Origin: Neovahlkampfia damariscottae
Lineage: Eukaryota
Length of the DNA: 64,000 bases
Reading direction: 5' to 3'
Assembly: GCA_016618085.1 (NCBI GenBank)
Contig: JABLTG010000012.1
Coordinates: 124,001-188,000, forward strand
Of the stretch, positions 14,995 through 28,641 are shown in pieces. Under the pieces are notes generated by a model, which saw nothing but the letters and a program-made list of their open reading frames with translations, searched no databases and was not told the origin of the DNA. The position numbers and the translations under genes are program-made. Within the stretch, counting starts at the first letter, position 1, and each line of letters begins with the position of its first letter.

Positions 14995-15051
14995 TTTTAA
15001 CTGAGTAGTTTCTAATTGGTTAAAAATTATTTTTGGTGTTTTTTGTTCGAG

Positions 15052-15573
15052 ATGACAAAGGATGAACAAATAAGTTTGAAAATTTTGATGCATTCAGTAA
15101 AATATCCAACTCAAGCTATTAATGGTATACTGATCGGTGATGATTCTGGAAATGTTTTAGATTCAATACCTCTTGCTCATAATAATCTTGCTTTGACTCC
15201 TGTACTTGAAATTGGTTTATCCATTATTGAAAACTATGCAAAAGAAAAAAAACAAAATATAGTTGGATATTACTTTGCAAATGAAAGAGAAAAAGATGAA
15301 ACTGTCTCCGAAATTCACTTAACCATTTTCAAAAAAATACAAAAAAATTTTTCTAACGCAAATTTATGGAGAGTAAGAAATCAAAAAAAAAAAAAAAAAT
15401 TCTTATATTCTTAGATTGATAATAAAACATGGCCAGCTATCAAAATTGAAAAAGGAAAAGATTTTAATTTTAACATTTCAAAAGAAAATATTTTACAAAA
15501 TTATTTAAAAGTTATTGATTTTGAAGAGCATTTGAATGACATATCATTAGATTTTTTAAATCAAAAATTTTAA
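15052..15573 (+). CDS. EMC8: ER membrane protein complex subunit 8/9 (UPF0172)
   Basis: KILMHSVKYPTQAINGILIG, DSIPLAH, IVGYYFAN and C-terminal VIDFEEHLNDISLDFLN. One intron 15373-15414. Confidence 0.85.
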
Positions 15574-17164
15574 TTATTAAATTCTTTAACATCAAAACCT
15601 GGCATTGGAAATTGTTTAGCGAATTCTTCAACTTCTTTTTTTAATTTTTGAAGTTTTTCATTTTTATCGAATAATTTTTCAAAGTCAACAACTTTTTTAA
15701 CTTCAGGGTGATCTTTTTGCATTTCTAAACCGATTTCAACAACCTTTGTGAGGAAATTTGCAACTTGAACAAAATCTTTTTCAACAAAACCTCTTGTAGT
15801 TAAAGCTGGTGTTCCTAATCGAATTCCAGATGGGTTCATCATTGAAACATCTCCTTGAATTGAATTTTTGTTAACTGTTATATTAATTGCATCACAAAGT
15901 TTTTCTACTTTTGATCCAGTAATTTTTTTTTTTCTTAAATTCCATAGAACTAAGTGATTTTCTGTGCCATCTGTTACAATTTCAAATCCATTGTCTTTTA
16001 ATGTTTGAGCTAATTGAACAGCATTCTTTTTTACTTGAACAATATATTCTTTGAATTCTGGTGTTGCAACTTCTTTCAATTGTGTACAGAGCTGTGTGAA
16101 AAAATGTTAAAAATTTTTTTTGACTTACAGCTGCAATTTGATGATTATGTGGACCTCCTTGAAGTGATGGAAATACAGCTTGATCAATAGCTGATGGCAT
16201 TGAAACTTTATCATCATTTTTTAATTTTTCTTTTTTGCAGAAAATAATTCCAGTTCTTGGACCTCTTAAAGTTTTATGAGTTGTTGATGTTACAACGTCA
16301 CAATATTCAAATGGTGAATTACATTCTTTTGTTGCAACTAAACCTGAGATGTGAGCCATATCTGCCATTAAATAAGCACCAACTTTATCAGCAATTTCTC
16401 TGAATCTTTTATAATCAAAATCACGTGGATAAGCTGATCCTCCTGCCTATTATTTTGAAAATAAGAAAAAAAAAAAATTACAATGATCATTTTTGGTCTG
16501 AAGAGAAGTGCTAATTTTTCTAATTCTTCATAATCAATATAACCATCTTGATTTACTTTGTATGGTAAAGATTCAAAGTAAATTGATGAAGCACTGATTT
16601 TTTTGTTTCCAAGATAAAAACCTGTGTGAAATTAAATATTAAAAAACAAAAAAAAAAACCATGTGTCAAATGTCCTCCAGATGGTAAATCTAATCCCATG
16701 ATACGATCATGTGGTTTTAAAAGAGCAGTGTAAACAGCTAAGTTTGCTGGTGATCCAGAGTATGGTTGAACATTTACGTGCCATTTTTCTCCGTCTAAAT
16801 CAAAAGCTTTTAAAGCTCTTTTGATACAAAGAGATTCCATTCTATCAATGTTTTCATTTCCACCATAGTATCTTTTTCCAATGTTTCCTTCTGAATCTAT
16901 TGTTGAAAAAAGTTAGTTTTGGTCCGGAAAAATTACATTTGTTTGTGAGGATACTTCCTAAACAATCAAGTGTAGCTCTGTTCACAAAGTTCTAAATTGT
17001 GTTAAATTATTCTTTTTTTTGTTACTTCAGAAGCAATGAGTTCTAAGCAAGTGTATTGTCTCTTTTTTTCATCTTGGATGATTTCATAGAGTTCAGGATC
17101 CTGTTTTAGTCAGTAAAATATGAAAGAAGCTCACAAATTCGTTGAGTGGAGTTAAACCGGACAT
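15570..17164 (-). CDS. SHMT: Serine hydroxymethyltransferase, multi-exon
   Basis: [53 protein letters not shown] and [13 protein letters not shown]. Confidence 0.97.
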
Positions 17165-17332
17165 GTACTTTTTTTGGAAGTTAAAAAAACAATTGATTGG
17201 TTGAATATCCGAAAATTTAACGACATTGAGATTCTAATCGAAAAAAACTAGTTTTCAACATAAAAAAGGGAATATTTTAAGATCCTAACTATTTGAATTT
17301 TCGTCCAATCACAGAAATCAAAAATAAGCACT

Positions 17333-18793
17333 ATGAACAGAAAACAGTTGATTGAAAAACTCAAAAACGACAAGAATTTTATATTATCACAAGCACCAAT
17401 TGAACTGTATGACAACGATAGAGAAATTGCATTGTTAGGCGTCAAGAAATACGGTCATGATTTACAAATTTTGTCAAAAGTTTTTCAAGATGATTTTGAA
17501 GTAGTTTTTGAAGCTATAAACAATGCACCATGGTCATATAGAGAAGCATCTATAAAGTTAAAATCAAATCCATTTATAATTCAACTTGCAACAAAAAAAG
17601 ATCCTTACACCATGACTTTTATTTCTGAAGAAAATCAAAAACATATTCTACTCATGGACATGGTTAAATTAAATGGACTTTGTTTGAGATTTGTAAAAGA
17701 TAAAAGATTAATAACAAAAGAAATTGTCATGGAAGCTGTAAAAAATAATCCAGATTCCATTCAATTGATTGATTCATTTGATATTTTAGAAGATGAAAAT
17801 ATCTTCATGGAAATTGCAAAATTAAAAGGCACAAATATTAAACATGGAAAGAAAAATATATTAAAGAATCGAGAAATTGTATTAGAAGCTGTAAAACAAA
17901 ATTTCAAAGCTATTGCTTTTGTCAGTGAAGATTTGAAAGATGATTTTGAAATTATTAAAATTTGTGTAAACCAAAATGGATTGACTTTAAGAAATGCTTC
18001 AAAAAGGTTACAAGATAATATCGAAATTGTATTGGATGCAGTGAGAAATTATAATAGCAGCTTGGAATTTGCAAGTCAACAATTAAAATCAAACGTAAAC
18101 GTTGTAATGACTGCAGTTAAAGATTACTCAGGAACTCATGAAAGTATTTTACCATACGTTGATTCGAAATTTTATTTTGATGAAGAATTTGTCATGGAAG
18201 CAATCAAACATGATCCACTTTCACTTTTGTATATTGATGAAAAATTCTCAAAATCAAGAGATATTGTGAAGATTGCTCTTTCCAGCTTTGGGGGAAATTT
18301 GAAATATTTGAACAAAAAATTCCAAAAAGATGAAGAATTGATTGTGATTGCTCTTCAGAATGGTGGAGATTTTCAATATGTATCTGAGAAATTGAAAAAT
18401 GATCGAAATTTTTGTTTTAGAAATTTATATTTAAAATGTTTTCATTTATACAATGAAGAATTTAGAAAAGATGAAAAAATGATCTTGGAGGCTATTAAAT
18501 ATAATGCAATATCAATTCTGAACGTTTCAAATTTATTTGTAATAACGGAAGAATTCTTAATTGAAGGAATCAAGAAAAATGGAAATTTGTACAATTATCT
18601 GGGTGAAGTTATGCAAAAATCAAAAGAAATTTGTATGTTGGCCTACAAAAACGGTATGATTTTTCAGTTAAAGGGCAAACCAAAAGAGATTCGTGAATTA
18701 CAAAATGATACTGAAATTATTTGGGTGAAGAAAAAATATTTCAAATTAATCAGAGAAGTGAGTACCTATAATTTATGTTTCAAATTTCATTGA
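17333..18793 (+). CDS. DUF4116-type repeat protein, intronless
   Basis: Repeats of the type DREIVLEAVKQN...L.F.SE.LKDD.EI throughout 486 aa. Confidence 0.8.
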   Translation: MNRKQLIEKLKNDKNFILSQAPIELYDNDREIALLGVKKYGHDLQILSKVFQDDFEVVFEAINNAPWSYREASIKLKSNPFIIQLATKKDPYTMTFISEENQKHILLMDMVKLNGLCLRFVKDKRLITKEIVMEAVKNNPDSIQLIDSFDILEDENIFMEIAKLKGTNIKHGKKNILKNREIVLEAVKQNFKAIAFVSEDLKDDFEIIKICVNQNGLTLRNASKRLQDNIEIVLDAVRNYNSSLEFASQQLKSNVNVVMTAVKDYSGTHESILPYVDSKFYFDEEFVMEAIKHDPLSLLYIDEKFSKSRDIVKIALSSFGGNLKYLNKKFQKDEELIVIALQNGGDFQYVSEKLKNDRNFCFRNLYLKCFHLYNEEFRKDEKMILEAIKYNAISILNVSNLFVITEEFLIEGIKKNGNLYNYLGEVMQKSKEICMLAYKNGMIFQLKGKPKEIRELQNDTEIIWVKKKYFKLIREVSTYNLCFKFH

Positions 18794-18948
18794 AACTTTT
18801 GATTTCCAAATTTGTCTTAATTTGGAAACTCAAGAAAATTTGTTCGAATTTGGAAAGGAACTTTCCAAAAGCGTCTTCCAATAAGTCTAAATAACCAATA
18901 GAAAAGGCGTTTTGTTATTGGCTGACTTTTCAAAACCTCTTCCAACTT

Positions 18949-20807
18949 ATGAACCAAACAAATAGCACTATTTCACAAGCTCTTGAACCAGCAGATTATA
19001 TCATTGTTGGTAGTGAAGTTTTTACAATTTTGTATACATTCATGCTGATTGTTTTATTTTTTATTTTCCGAAAACAAAAAGAACTCAAATATCGAGGAAT
19101 TTTGCCATATATAACAGTTTTTGCATATTGGACGTTTTTGGTGAAAATATTTTTCATCAATTTTTCACTGTTTAACGTGGCAAACAAAAACAGTTGGACT
19201 TTTAGGTTTGTTCCACTTTTTTTTATAATTTTTGTTTTAAAGGTTTTCATGTTGGTGGGGATTAATACCATTTACACCTGTGTTGATATTATTCATGATG
19301 GTTCAAATTTTAAGTATAGGTCAATATCTATTGAAAAAACGTTTGGATTCACTTAAAGAAGTTACTTGGGGTTTATTTGATGATAGACACTCAAAAAGTT
19401 TGAAAATTATGGCAGAAAAGATGAATAAAGAAAGTTCCAAATCAGATTCATTGACAACACCGAGAAAATGTAAATTTTTATTTTTCACATTAATTTTATT
19501 TCAAGCTCTTTTTTCGAAATCTAGAAGCAATTCTTCAAAAACTGTCTCAAATTCAAATTCAGATAAACAGTTAGACACGATGTCAGAAGACTCAAAATCA
19601 GATTCAAGTGACAAACAAATGACAAAATCCACTTCTGACAAGGTGATTGAATTGAGAAATTTTGATGGTAAAAAAAAAAAAAACTGGTTCACATTTTCAC
19701 AAGAAACCTCAGGAACAGTGGACGAAAAAAATAAACAATATTCAAAAAGTGTTGATTTTGATGAATCAGAAATGGTTTATGTTAGAAGTATGATCAAAAG
19801 AATCAAATTTGTCAAGTTTTTCACCACAGATATATTTAAATTTATTGTTTTGTTCTTGGTATTCGTTGTAAGAGTTTTCATTTCTTACTCATTTTTTTTG
19901 GCAGTTCTCAATTTTACTTCATGTCATTGTTCATGGAGGTATTGAAATTTTCACTACAAACGCTTGTACATTTGAAAAATACATTGGTTCTGTTGCTGTT
20001 TCATCCACTGTTGCTCCACTCTTCATTTTTTTCGGATGGCTTTTAACAACAGTTTTTATGATTCTTGATGTCATATTTTTTATCAAAGAAGAAGGTTGCA
20101 GTATCAAAAAGTTCTATTTTGAAGATGATCCTTATGGATTTAGAATAGAACAACTTGTTGGTTTTGTTGTATTGGCAGTCATGGTATTTCTGGTGACTTT
20201 TCAAATGATTGGCTTATACGCTGCAGTTTTCACTTTTGGCACAACACAATCAGATCTCCCACAAGGAATTGTTATTTTCAGATCTATTGGTCTTTCTTTT
20301 ATTCAAATTTTCACTGTTACAGCATTTTCAGCTGTTGGATTAGTTTTGGCAATTATTTCATGGATCAAAATGAAATTTTTTCAAAAAAAAGTTTATGACA
20401 GTGAATTTGATGCATTTGTCAGCACAAAATCAGGAAAAGATATTTTTAAAAAATATGCAAAGATTGAATGGAGTTTGGAAAATATTCTATTTTTTGAAGA
20501 AATTGGAAAATATGAAAAAATTCCAAGTAAAAAACATGCACAAAGAAGATCAAAAGAAATTGTTCAAAATTATATTATGACTGGATCTCCATTGGAAGTT
20601 AATTTATCACATGATGTTCGTAAAAATACAATGAAGAAAGTTGATAATTTTGATGAATATAAAGAAGTATATCAATCAATTTTTAATGATGCTTTGAAAG
20701 AAACTAAAAGAAATATGAGGGACACATTTACCAGAATTTCTGTCACCAAAGATTATTTAATTTGGAAAGAGACATCAAAAGTATTGATTGACTCAACTGT
20801 AATGTAA
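18949..20807 (+). CDS. Multi-pass membrane protein with C-terminal RGS domain (copy 1)
   Basis: Several TM segments followed by RGS motifs FKKYAKIEWSLENILFF, EIVQNYIMTGSPLEVNL and NMRDTFTR. Confidence 0.8.
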
Positions 20808-21113
20808 ATGTTTGTACAAAAACCAAGTTTCAAATAAAATTTTTAGAATAATCAACTTTTCATAATCAACCTTGATCTTCTAACAATCATGTGCACCACA
20901 GACCTTTGAATGAAATAGGAGGTATGTGGAGGAATAATGGTGGAGGTGTGGAAGGAGGTAAAATCCGGATCACCAACATTTTGTACCCACTTTCAAATAG
21001 GAAACTCTACCAATCACTTTTGGTCATTTCTTTGTATTTTTTTGGACAAACTTCGTTACAAAAGGAGAATTTTCTTTCTTTAATGGTCCATTGGTTAATT
21101 TTTTCAAAAACGA

Positions 21114-23205
21114 ATGATGAACCAAACTAATACGACACAACCGATAACTCTTGAAGCTTCAGATTATATACTGATTGGAAGTCAAACTTTTATCGTTTTC
21201 TACACCATTGTTTTGATGTTTTTATTTTTCATCTTCAGAAAACAAAGAGAATTAAAATACAGAGGAATATTACCATACATCACCGTATTTACATACTGGA
21301 CATTATTGATAAAGTTATTTTTTATCAATTTTTCTCCGTTCGTTGTCTTGAACAAAAAAGGTTGGACACACAAGTAATACACAATGACTTTTTCTAATTT
21401 TTCAAGTTTTTCATGTTGGTGGGGTTTAATACCGTTTACACCTGTGTTGATATTATTCATTATGGTTCAAATTTTAAGTATAGGTCAATATCTATTGAAA
21501 AAACGTTTGGATTCACTTAAAGAAGTTACTTGGGGTTTATTTGATGATAGACATTCAAAAAGTTTGAAAATTGTGGCAGAAAGGTTGAATAAAACCACAC
21601 CTACTTCTGTCAATGATTTGAAAAGATCCAGTTTCAAATGTAAATTAAAGATAACTAATTTCATTAGCTCTATTTTCAAAATCAAACTCTGTTAATAATG
21701 AGTCATCTCAAAACTCTCCAAAGAGTACTCCAAAGCAAAATTCCGATAAAGATTTAGATTCATTGTCAGATGGTGGCAAATCAGACACTAGTGAATCTGC
21801 AATGATAAAATCAGACATGGTTATTGAATTAAGAAATTTTGATGGTAAAGAAAAATTACTTGACTAAATACGAATAGAGAGTTCAGCAACTAAAATTGAA
21901 GAGAATAATAAACAACACTCTTTAAAGAGTGTCGATTTTGATGATTCAGAACTGATTTATGTTAGAAAAATGATCAAAAGAATCAAATTTTTGAGATTTT
22001 TCACAACTGATATTTTCAAATTCGTCATGTTGTTCATTGTATTCGTTGTAAGGACATTTATGATATTTTGACAATTTTCAGGTTTCACTTTTGTCTCATC
22101 TCATTGTTCATGGAGGTATTGAAATTTTCACTACAAACGCTTGTACATTTGAAAAATATCCTGTCTCTACTGCTATTTCTGCCAGTGTAGCCCCAGTTTT
22201 CATTTTTTTCGGATGGCTTTTAACAACAGTTTTTATGATTCTTGATGTCATATTTTTTATCAAAGAAGAAGGTTGCAGTATCAAAAATTTCTATTTTGAA
22301 GATGATCCTTATGGATTTAGAATAGAACAACTTGTTGGTTTTGTTGTATTAGGTGCTATGTTGGGAATCGTAACGCTTCAAGCAACATTGATGTCAGTCA
22401 CAGTCATTTCAGGAAGTCAAAGAGAAGAAACATTTGCATTTTCCATTTTCAGATCAATTTTAGTTGGATTTGTTCAAATATTCATAGTCACTGCATTTTC
22501 AGCAGTTGGACTAATACTTTCTATCATTTCATGGATCAAAATGAAATTTTTTCAAAAAAAAGTTTATGACAGTGAATTTGATGCATTTGTCAGCACAAAA
22601 TCAGGAAAAGATATTTTTAAAAAATATGCAAAGATTGAATGGAGTTTGGAAAATATTCTATTTTTTGAAGAAATTGGAAAATATGAAAAAATTCCAAGTA
22701 AAAAACATGCACAAAGAAGATCAAAAGAAATTGTTCAAAATTATATTATGACTGGATCTCCATTGGAAGTTAATTTATCACATGATGTTCGTAAAAATAC
22801 AATGAAGAAAGTTGATAATTTTGATGAATATAAAGAAGTATATCAATCAATTTTTAATGATGCTTTGAAAGAAACTAAAAGAAATATGAGGGACACATTT
22901 ACCAGAATTTCTGTCACCAAAGAATNNNNNNNNNNNNNNNNNNNNNNNNNNNNNNNNNNNNNNNNNNNNNNNNNNNNNNNNNNNNNNNNNNNNNNNNNNN
23001 NNNNNNNNNNNNNNNNNNNNNNNATACAATGAAGAAAGTTGATAATTTTGATGAATATAAAGAAGTATATCAATCAATTTTTAATGATGCTTTGAAAGAA
23101 ACTAAAAGAAATATGAGGGACACATTTACCAGAATTTCTGTCACCAAAGAATATCAAAATTGGAAAAAGACATCAACAGTATTGATTGACTCAACTGTAA
23201 TGTAA
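21114..23205 (+). CDS. Multi-pass membrane protein with C-terminal RGS domain (tandem copy 2; spans the assembly gap)
   Basis: Paralog of 18949-20807 with an identical RGS-coding tract. The last codons (STVM*) lie after the N gap. Confidence 0.75.
22926..23023. other. Assembly gap (run of N)
   Basis: 98 N bases. Sequence 22797-22925 is repeated directly after the gap. Confidence 0.99.
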
Positions 23206-23292
23206 ATGTTTGTACAAAAATGATGTTTCAAATAAAATTTTTAGAATAATCAGATATAGATTGGAAGACTCCAAAATCATGAAAGGAGGTCG

Positions 23293-25443
23293 ATGATTAG
23301 GAGTTTTTTGAAAGTATTTCCAACAGAAAAGAATCATGGCTGTGTTGAGTCTTTGACAGCAGATGCAAAAGTCACCATAACAATAAAAAAAGCAGATTTC
23401 CAACAGAGTATTTTTCCTTGTTGCATAAAAATTTCAAATTCTAATGAAGATTTATTGATATCCTCAAATTCATATACTTTAATCTGGAATCAAAAACTTT
23501 CTCTGTGAGCAAAATTTTTTCTTTTGACATTTCAGTGTTGTGAATGGGACTAAAGACCAACAGGTGTTAAAGTTCACAGTTTGGCAAAATTCAAAGTTTA
23601 TAGGTGATGGAATATATTATTATGACTATAATTTTGAATCTGTTGTTGGGAAGCAAATTATGATTCATGATACAATTTCAAAGAAGACAATTGGGACTTT
23701 ATCAATAGAAATCATGTCTGAAGATTTAAAACTAAAATATATTTTAGTTTCATATTAGACAGTTTGTTTCATTAACATTCAAAATTTTTTGAAATGACTT
23801 GCAAAATGGGTTAATCAAAAATAAGATGAATGAAATGCAAGATTTACAACTTAACAAAGAAATATTCGAAAAAATTAATGAATAAGGTGTTGTTATATCA
23901 GAAAATCAATAGATTGGTTTGAAGATTTCAAAAAATGATCAAATCTTGTCAATCAATTCCATCGATTTCAGATCACATTATCAGTTTTTGTTTCAGAAAA
24001 TGACTTAAAAGAAGATTCTATAACACTTTCATTGGGGAATCAAACATTTATACAAATAGGGGTCTCTCTTTTTTCTTTTCATTTGCTCTCATCAAATGAT
24101 AAAATTGAAAAGTTCACAAGATCAGTTTTCATTGAAAAATTATTTTCAAGTGAACAAATGGAATGAAAGAAATATAGTATTTAACGCATCTCAAAATAAA
24201 TTAGAACAATTTGTCAATGGAAAGAACATCCCGGTGGATAGAATTGTTGACTTCAAAGTGTTTGAGAATTTGATCTCTATTTTGCAATTGGGAAACCTCT
24301 TCAATTGAAATATGATGGAAATATTTTCGAGGGACATATTTCAAATGTCCATTGCTCAAATTAAATTTTGGTTTTTTTTGACGTTGGAGAATTTTTTTGT
24401 CCAATCACAATGAAAATTTTTTTTGTTCTCCTGATAATGAAGATACTGGGGGTCCTGACATATTCAAAGAATTAGATGAACATAAACAAAGATCATCACT
24501 GTTATTGAGTGATACGACTATCTTCAAGAGATTTAAATTGAAAATAGAAAAAATAATAATTTTTGAAAGAACAATAAGAAAAAAAAGTTAAATTTTCTGT
24601 TGAAAATCAAGAAACTGAATACATAGTAAAATTAGAAAGAGAATTTGACAATTTGAATTGTTAGACAAAAATTATATTTTTTTTAACATTGACAGGTATC
24701 CAAATTTTGGAGAATAATTATTTATTTGTTGATGACATTAAGATTGAGATTGAAAATTTAAATGGAAAGAAAGAAATTATAATTGAAAATCAATTTAAAT
24801 TTAGAGATTTGTTTTGTCAAAGAAAAAGTTTTTTCTTTTGAAAAATCAGCTGAAAATTTTTCTTTCAAAGATCATTCTTCAAATGAATTTCATTTGATTT
24901 TTAAAAATTTAGAAGAAAAATCATCTGTAGAAAGTATCAAAGAATATGAAAATTCCAGTGGTGTGCTATTTACTGGTTATGATTTCATTGAATGCTTGAA
25001 TCATGATCTTTTTGTTTCAACATATGAAATATCTTTCTTGTTTAAATTTAAATTATCTGATGAATTGAAAGATTTACCACTGTGGACAACTAATGAAAAG
25101 GAAGTTATAATATCAACATTTTATTGTTCCATCATCCAAAAAAATAATGTTGAAATTTCCACAAAAGATGAAACAAATAAGGATGACTTTCTTTTTCAAT
25201 TGAATCAAGTTTACAAAAAAAATGATTGGAATACAAAAATTGTAACATACTCAAGCTCAACATTAAAAGAGTATTATAATGGAATTTTATTTGAAAATTG
25301 ATAATTCTCGACCTATCAAAGACACCATAAACGTAAGATAAAAAAATTCATTTTTGACTAAAAAGTTTTGTATAGGTGCTTTGAATGATGTAGATTTCAG
25401 TGGATTTTGTGGATTAATTTCAAATATTCAAATTTTCAATTAG
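23293..25443 (+). CDS. Hypothetical multi-exon gene(s); possible N-terminal C2-like and later LamG-like beta domains; may be degenerate
   Basis: Series of plus-strand ORFs (23293, 23540, 24096, 24397, 24783) with short-intron-like spacers. Exon structure not fully resolved. Confidence 0.3.
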
Positions 25444-25495
25444 GTCTTGAAAGAAGAAATTCAAAAAATCTAATTAAAATCTTTTCGAGGAAAGT

Positions 25496-27224
25496 TTATT
25501 GAATATTCAATTCTTTAATTAAATTTGAATATCTTTTTCTGACAAATTCTTTCATACCTTCCATCATATTGAACCAAGTCATTTCAGTTTTCAAAAATGG
25601 ATTGGTATGATGTGCAGTCAGATAATCAATATACAATCTATTCATATATTCTTTACGTATTTCTTGAAATAAAAATGATTGAAGTTGACTGATTCTTTCA
25701 ATAAGTTTGCTGTTTGGGTTGAAAATTCTCTTGATTACCAAAATCAATTTCTCACGATAGATCTTCATGAAAAGAGGTGATTTTAATATTCTACCTGTTA
25801 GTACAACAAATTTTTCTTTATCATTGCTAAATGAATAGAATGACCAATCTAATGCAGTTGTATCTGCCCAATCTTTGAATTTAGAATTTCTCATTTTTTT
25901 CCTCTGGAAACTCCAAGTAGTATCATAAGGAATAAATTCGAATTTACCAGTTTCAGGGTTTTTATAGATATAATAATTATGATATCCAAAGGAATATGAA
26001 TCTGTTGTGCATGTGCAAGCTTCAATTGCCAAATAAGTCAAGAATCTTTCTACATCCAATACTTTTGTGATTTCAGATTCAAAATTTCTTGAAGAGTTGA
26101 TTTTTTTGATTAAATCTAACAAATCTAAATAGTTTGTTGAATTTACTGATATTTGATCATACACTGGGACACGAAATCCCATTCTTTCGGCGGTTAAATC
26201 TTTATAGATTTGTGGATCATCTCCTTTGTAAGCTAAACTTGCTGAGACCATTCTTCCTTGGTATAAGCTTCCATAATCCTCATTATATCTTGCACTGATA
26301 AAATCTTGATCAACTTCTTCACCAATCCAATACAATGAAAATTTGACATCTTTGATGTACAACATTGCAAAAGTGCTTCTTTGACTTGGAATTTTGAATG
26401 ATCTATGCATGTCAAATGGTATCACATATCTTGTACCAAACCCATTTTCACCGGAATTTTTTAAAGAAACTTTTTTAATCCCAAAGAAATCGTTATTTGC
26501 AAAATTCATTTTGAAATTCTTCACCAACAAAAATCTACCAGAATTTCCTTTTATTCTGATTTTACTATTGTCCATTTTTATTATTTTATTACCATTACTG
26601 AATGTTAAATTCATTGGAACCCATTTATTGGTGAAAGCACGAGTTGGATTTATCATTCGTAAGTAATGAGAATTCTTCATTTGAACTCTAAAAATTGAAA
26701 TTGAAGAAAGGTTAAATAAAGGATGATTATCTTTGTATATTTCATTTTTTGAGTAGTATTCTCTGTTATCTTGTCTATTTTCTCCATATGGCAGTGTTGA
26801 AAAATTTGGTATTTTTGTACTGCAATCAGAGCCTGTGTATCCATGATTGCATCGACAGAAATGTTCATTATTAGATATTTTGCAAAAACTTTTTCCAGGA
26901 CATGTATTTTCTGGACATTTTACAGAACCACAGTCCTTTCCTTTCCACCCTTCACAACAAACACATTTATCAAAACAAACACCATTTCCAAGTTCTGTGA
27001 AACAATTATTTGGACATTTACATGAATAAGGATACATCATCGTGATATTACATTTCCAATAACAATGAACTTGTTCTTGTTGTATCATAATTTTTTTTTT
27101 GGTTTGAACAAAAAACTAGGCTGAGTTTACCAGGTATCTTGTCGCATTCATCCACACATGATTGTGATTTTGAAACACCATAAAATAGAATAAAAAGCAG
27201 AAACAAAAGACTCACACTCTTCAT
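25496..27224 (-). CDS. Secreted CotH-family kinase with N-terminal EGF-like repeats
   Basis: Signal peptide MKSVSLLFLLFILFYGVS, EGF repeats (CVCCEGWKGKDC, CRCNHGYTGSDC), CotH motifs IKGNSGR..KNFK, DVERFLTYLA and HNYYIY...FEFIPYD. Confidence 0.8.
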
Positions 27225-28641
27225 CTATATTTGGTGAAAAATAGTGGATTCTTTTGATTGGTTAAATTCTTAAATTGACTGAAAATTTATTCATTGTTCA
27301 TATTTTTTCTTTTTTTTTGAATTCCACACCAACACCTGAATAAACAATAAGTGATTTTGTTGAAAATCCACCAAATCCACTGTTTTCATTTTTTCTATTT
27401 TCCACTAATTGAATTCTTTTGTTTACCAATTTTCCACTTTTATTTGCGAGTCCAAATGGATCAATAACAGCACTGATATAACTCACCTGTTTCAAGATTT
27501 GATACTGTCCCTTTCAAAGTTGTTCCTTCTAAAGATATTGATATTGGAACAAGTTTTAATTCAAGATTACCAGACTCTTTCAATATTGAATAAATGATGT
27601 GATCATTTCTTTGCAAATATGATGCATTTATTGGGTTTGGATTTAAAAACAGATGGAATGAAAATTAATAATGTTCCTAATTCATCATTAGATTTAAATT
27701 TAAAGTCATTTCCTTCTTGTAGTAAAATCAACGAATCCAATTTTCCTTCAATTTCTTCCACATTTTGAAAATAAATTTTTCTCATTTCATTCATAATTGA
27801 AGATACTTTTGAACTTGAAATATCAAATTTTTTTGACAATAATTTAACTTTATCAATTGGTGCTATGGTTTTCTATTTTCGTGTGTGTAAAAATCTTTTA
27901 CATTTGATTGAGGAATTAAACCAAAACCATGATGGAATTTTGTTTGTTTATCAATGTAGTCTTGAACTTTTTTCATAGTCAAAATAAATATCTTCAGCTT
28001 CACATTGTTCACATATAGTATTTATTCCTTTTACTCCTCCAAATAGTCCTCCTCCTCAATCACCTGCCAAAGTAAAGGAAAAGTCCTGACATTGGTTTTG
28101 CAAGAGATATTTCTTTTTCTATATCAAAAGTGGAACGAGGTTGAGGTATTCCATTGAAAGTTACAAGTAAAAAAAAAAAAAAGAGTTAAACAAAAGGTGC
28201 CGAGGTCTGATAGATTTAAAAAGTGTAAAATATCACCCATAAGAAATCGTTTAAGGGTGGTAAAATATGTAAAAAGAGAACTAAATGATGAACTATTTCT
28301 CAAATGCAATCTTGATGTTATGTTAGAAAATCAAATTTAGAAATTCTAATTTCCAATGCTCATTATAAAACAATGATCAACTTTGCAAGAAAAATTCCAC
28401 TTGAGGAATTAATCCTATACAAGAAAAATGAATTTCAACAGATATTTAAAAATGAAAAACTTGAAGTTGTAATGGAATTTTCCGTTCAATTGATACCAAT
28501 GATTGAAAAAGAAATGATTGTTTTTTATGATTTTAGAGGAAAATTTTTTGATTTAACACCTGTGTGTTTCAAATTTTAAAAAAAAATCGGATTATTTTTT
28601 GATTGGTCAAGGAATCAAAAAAAGTTCCGACAACACATCTG

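Noticed and set aside
20891..21130. G-rich ORF between the RGS paralogs
   Set aside because: No recognisable motif or structure; cannot be supported as a gene or ncRNA.
27298..28579. Short ORFs on both strands
   Set aside because: I could not build a consistent spliced model or recognise a domain.
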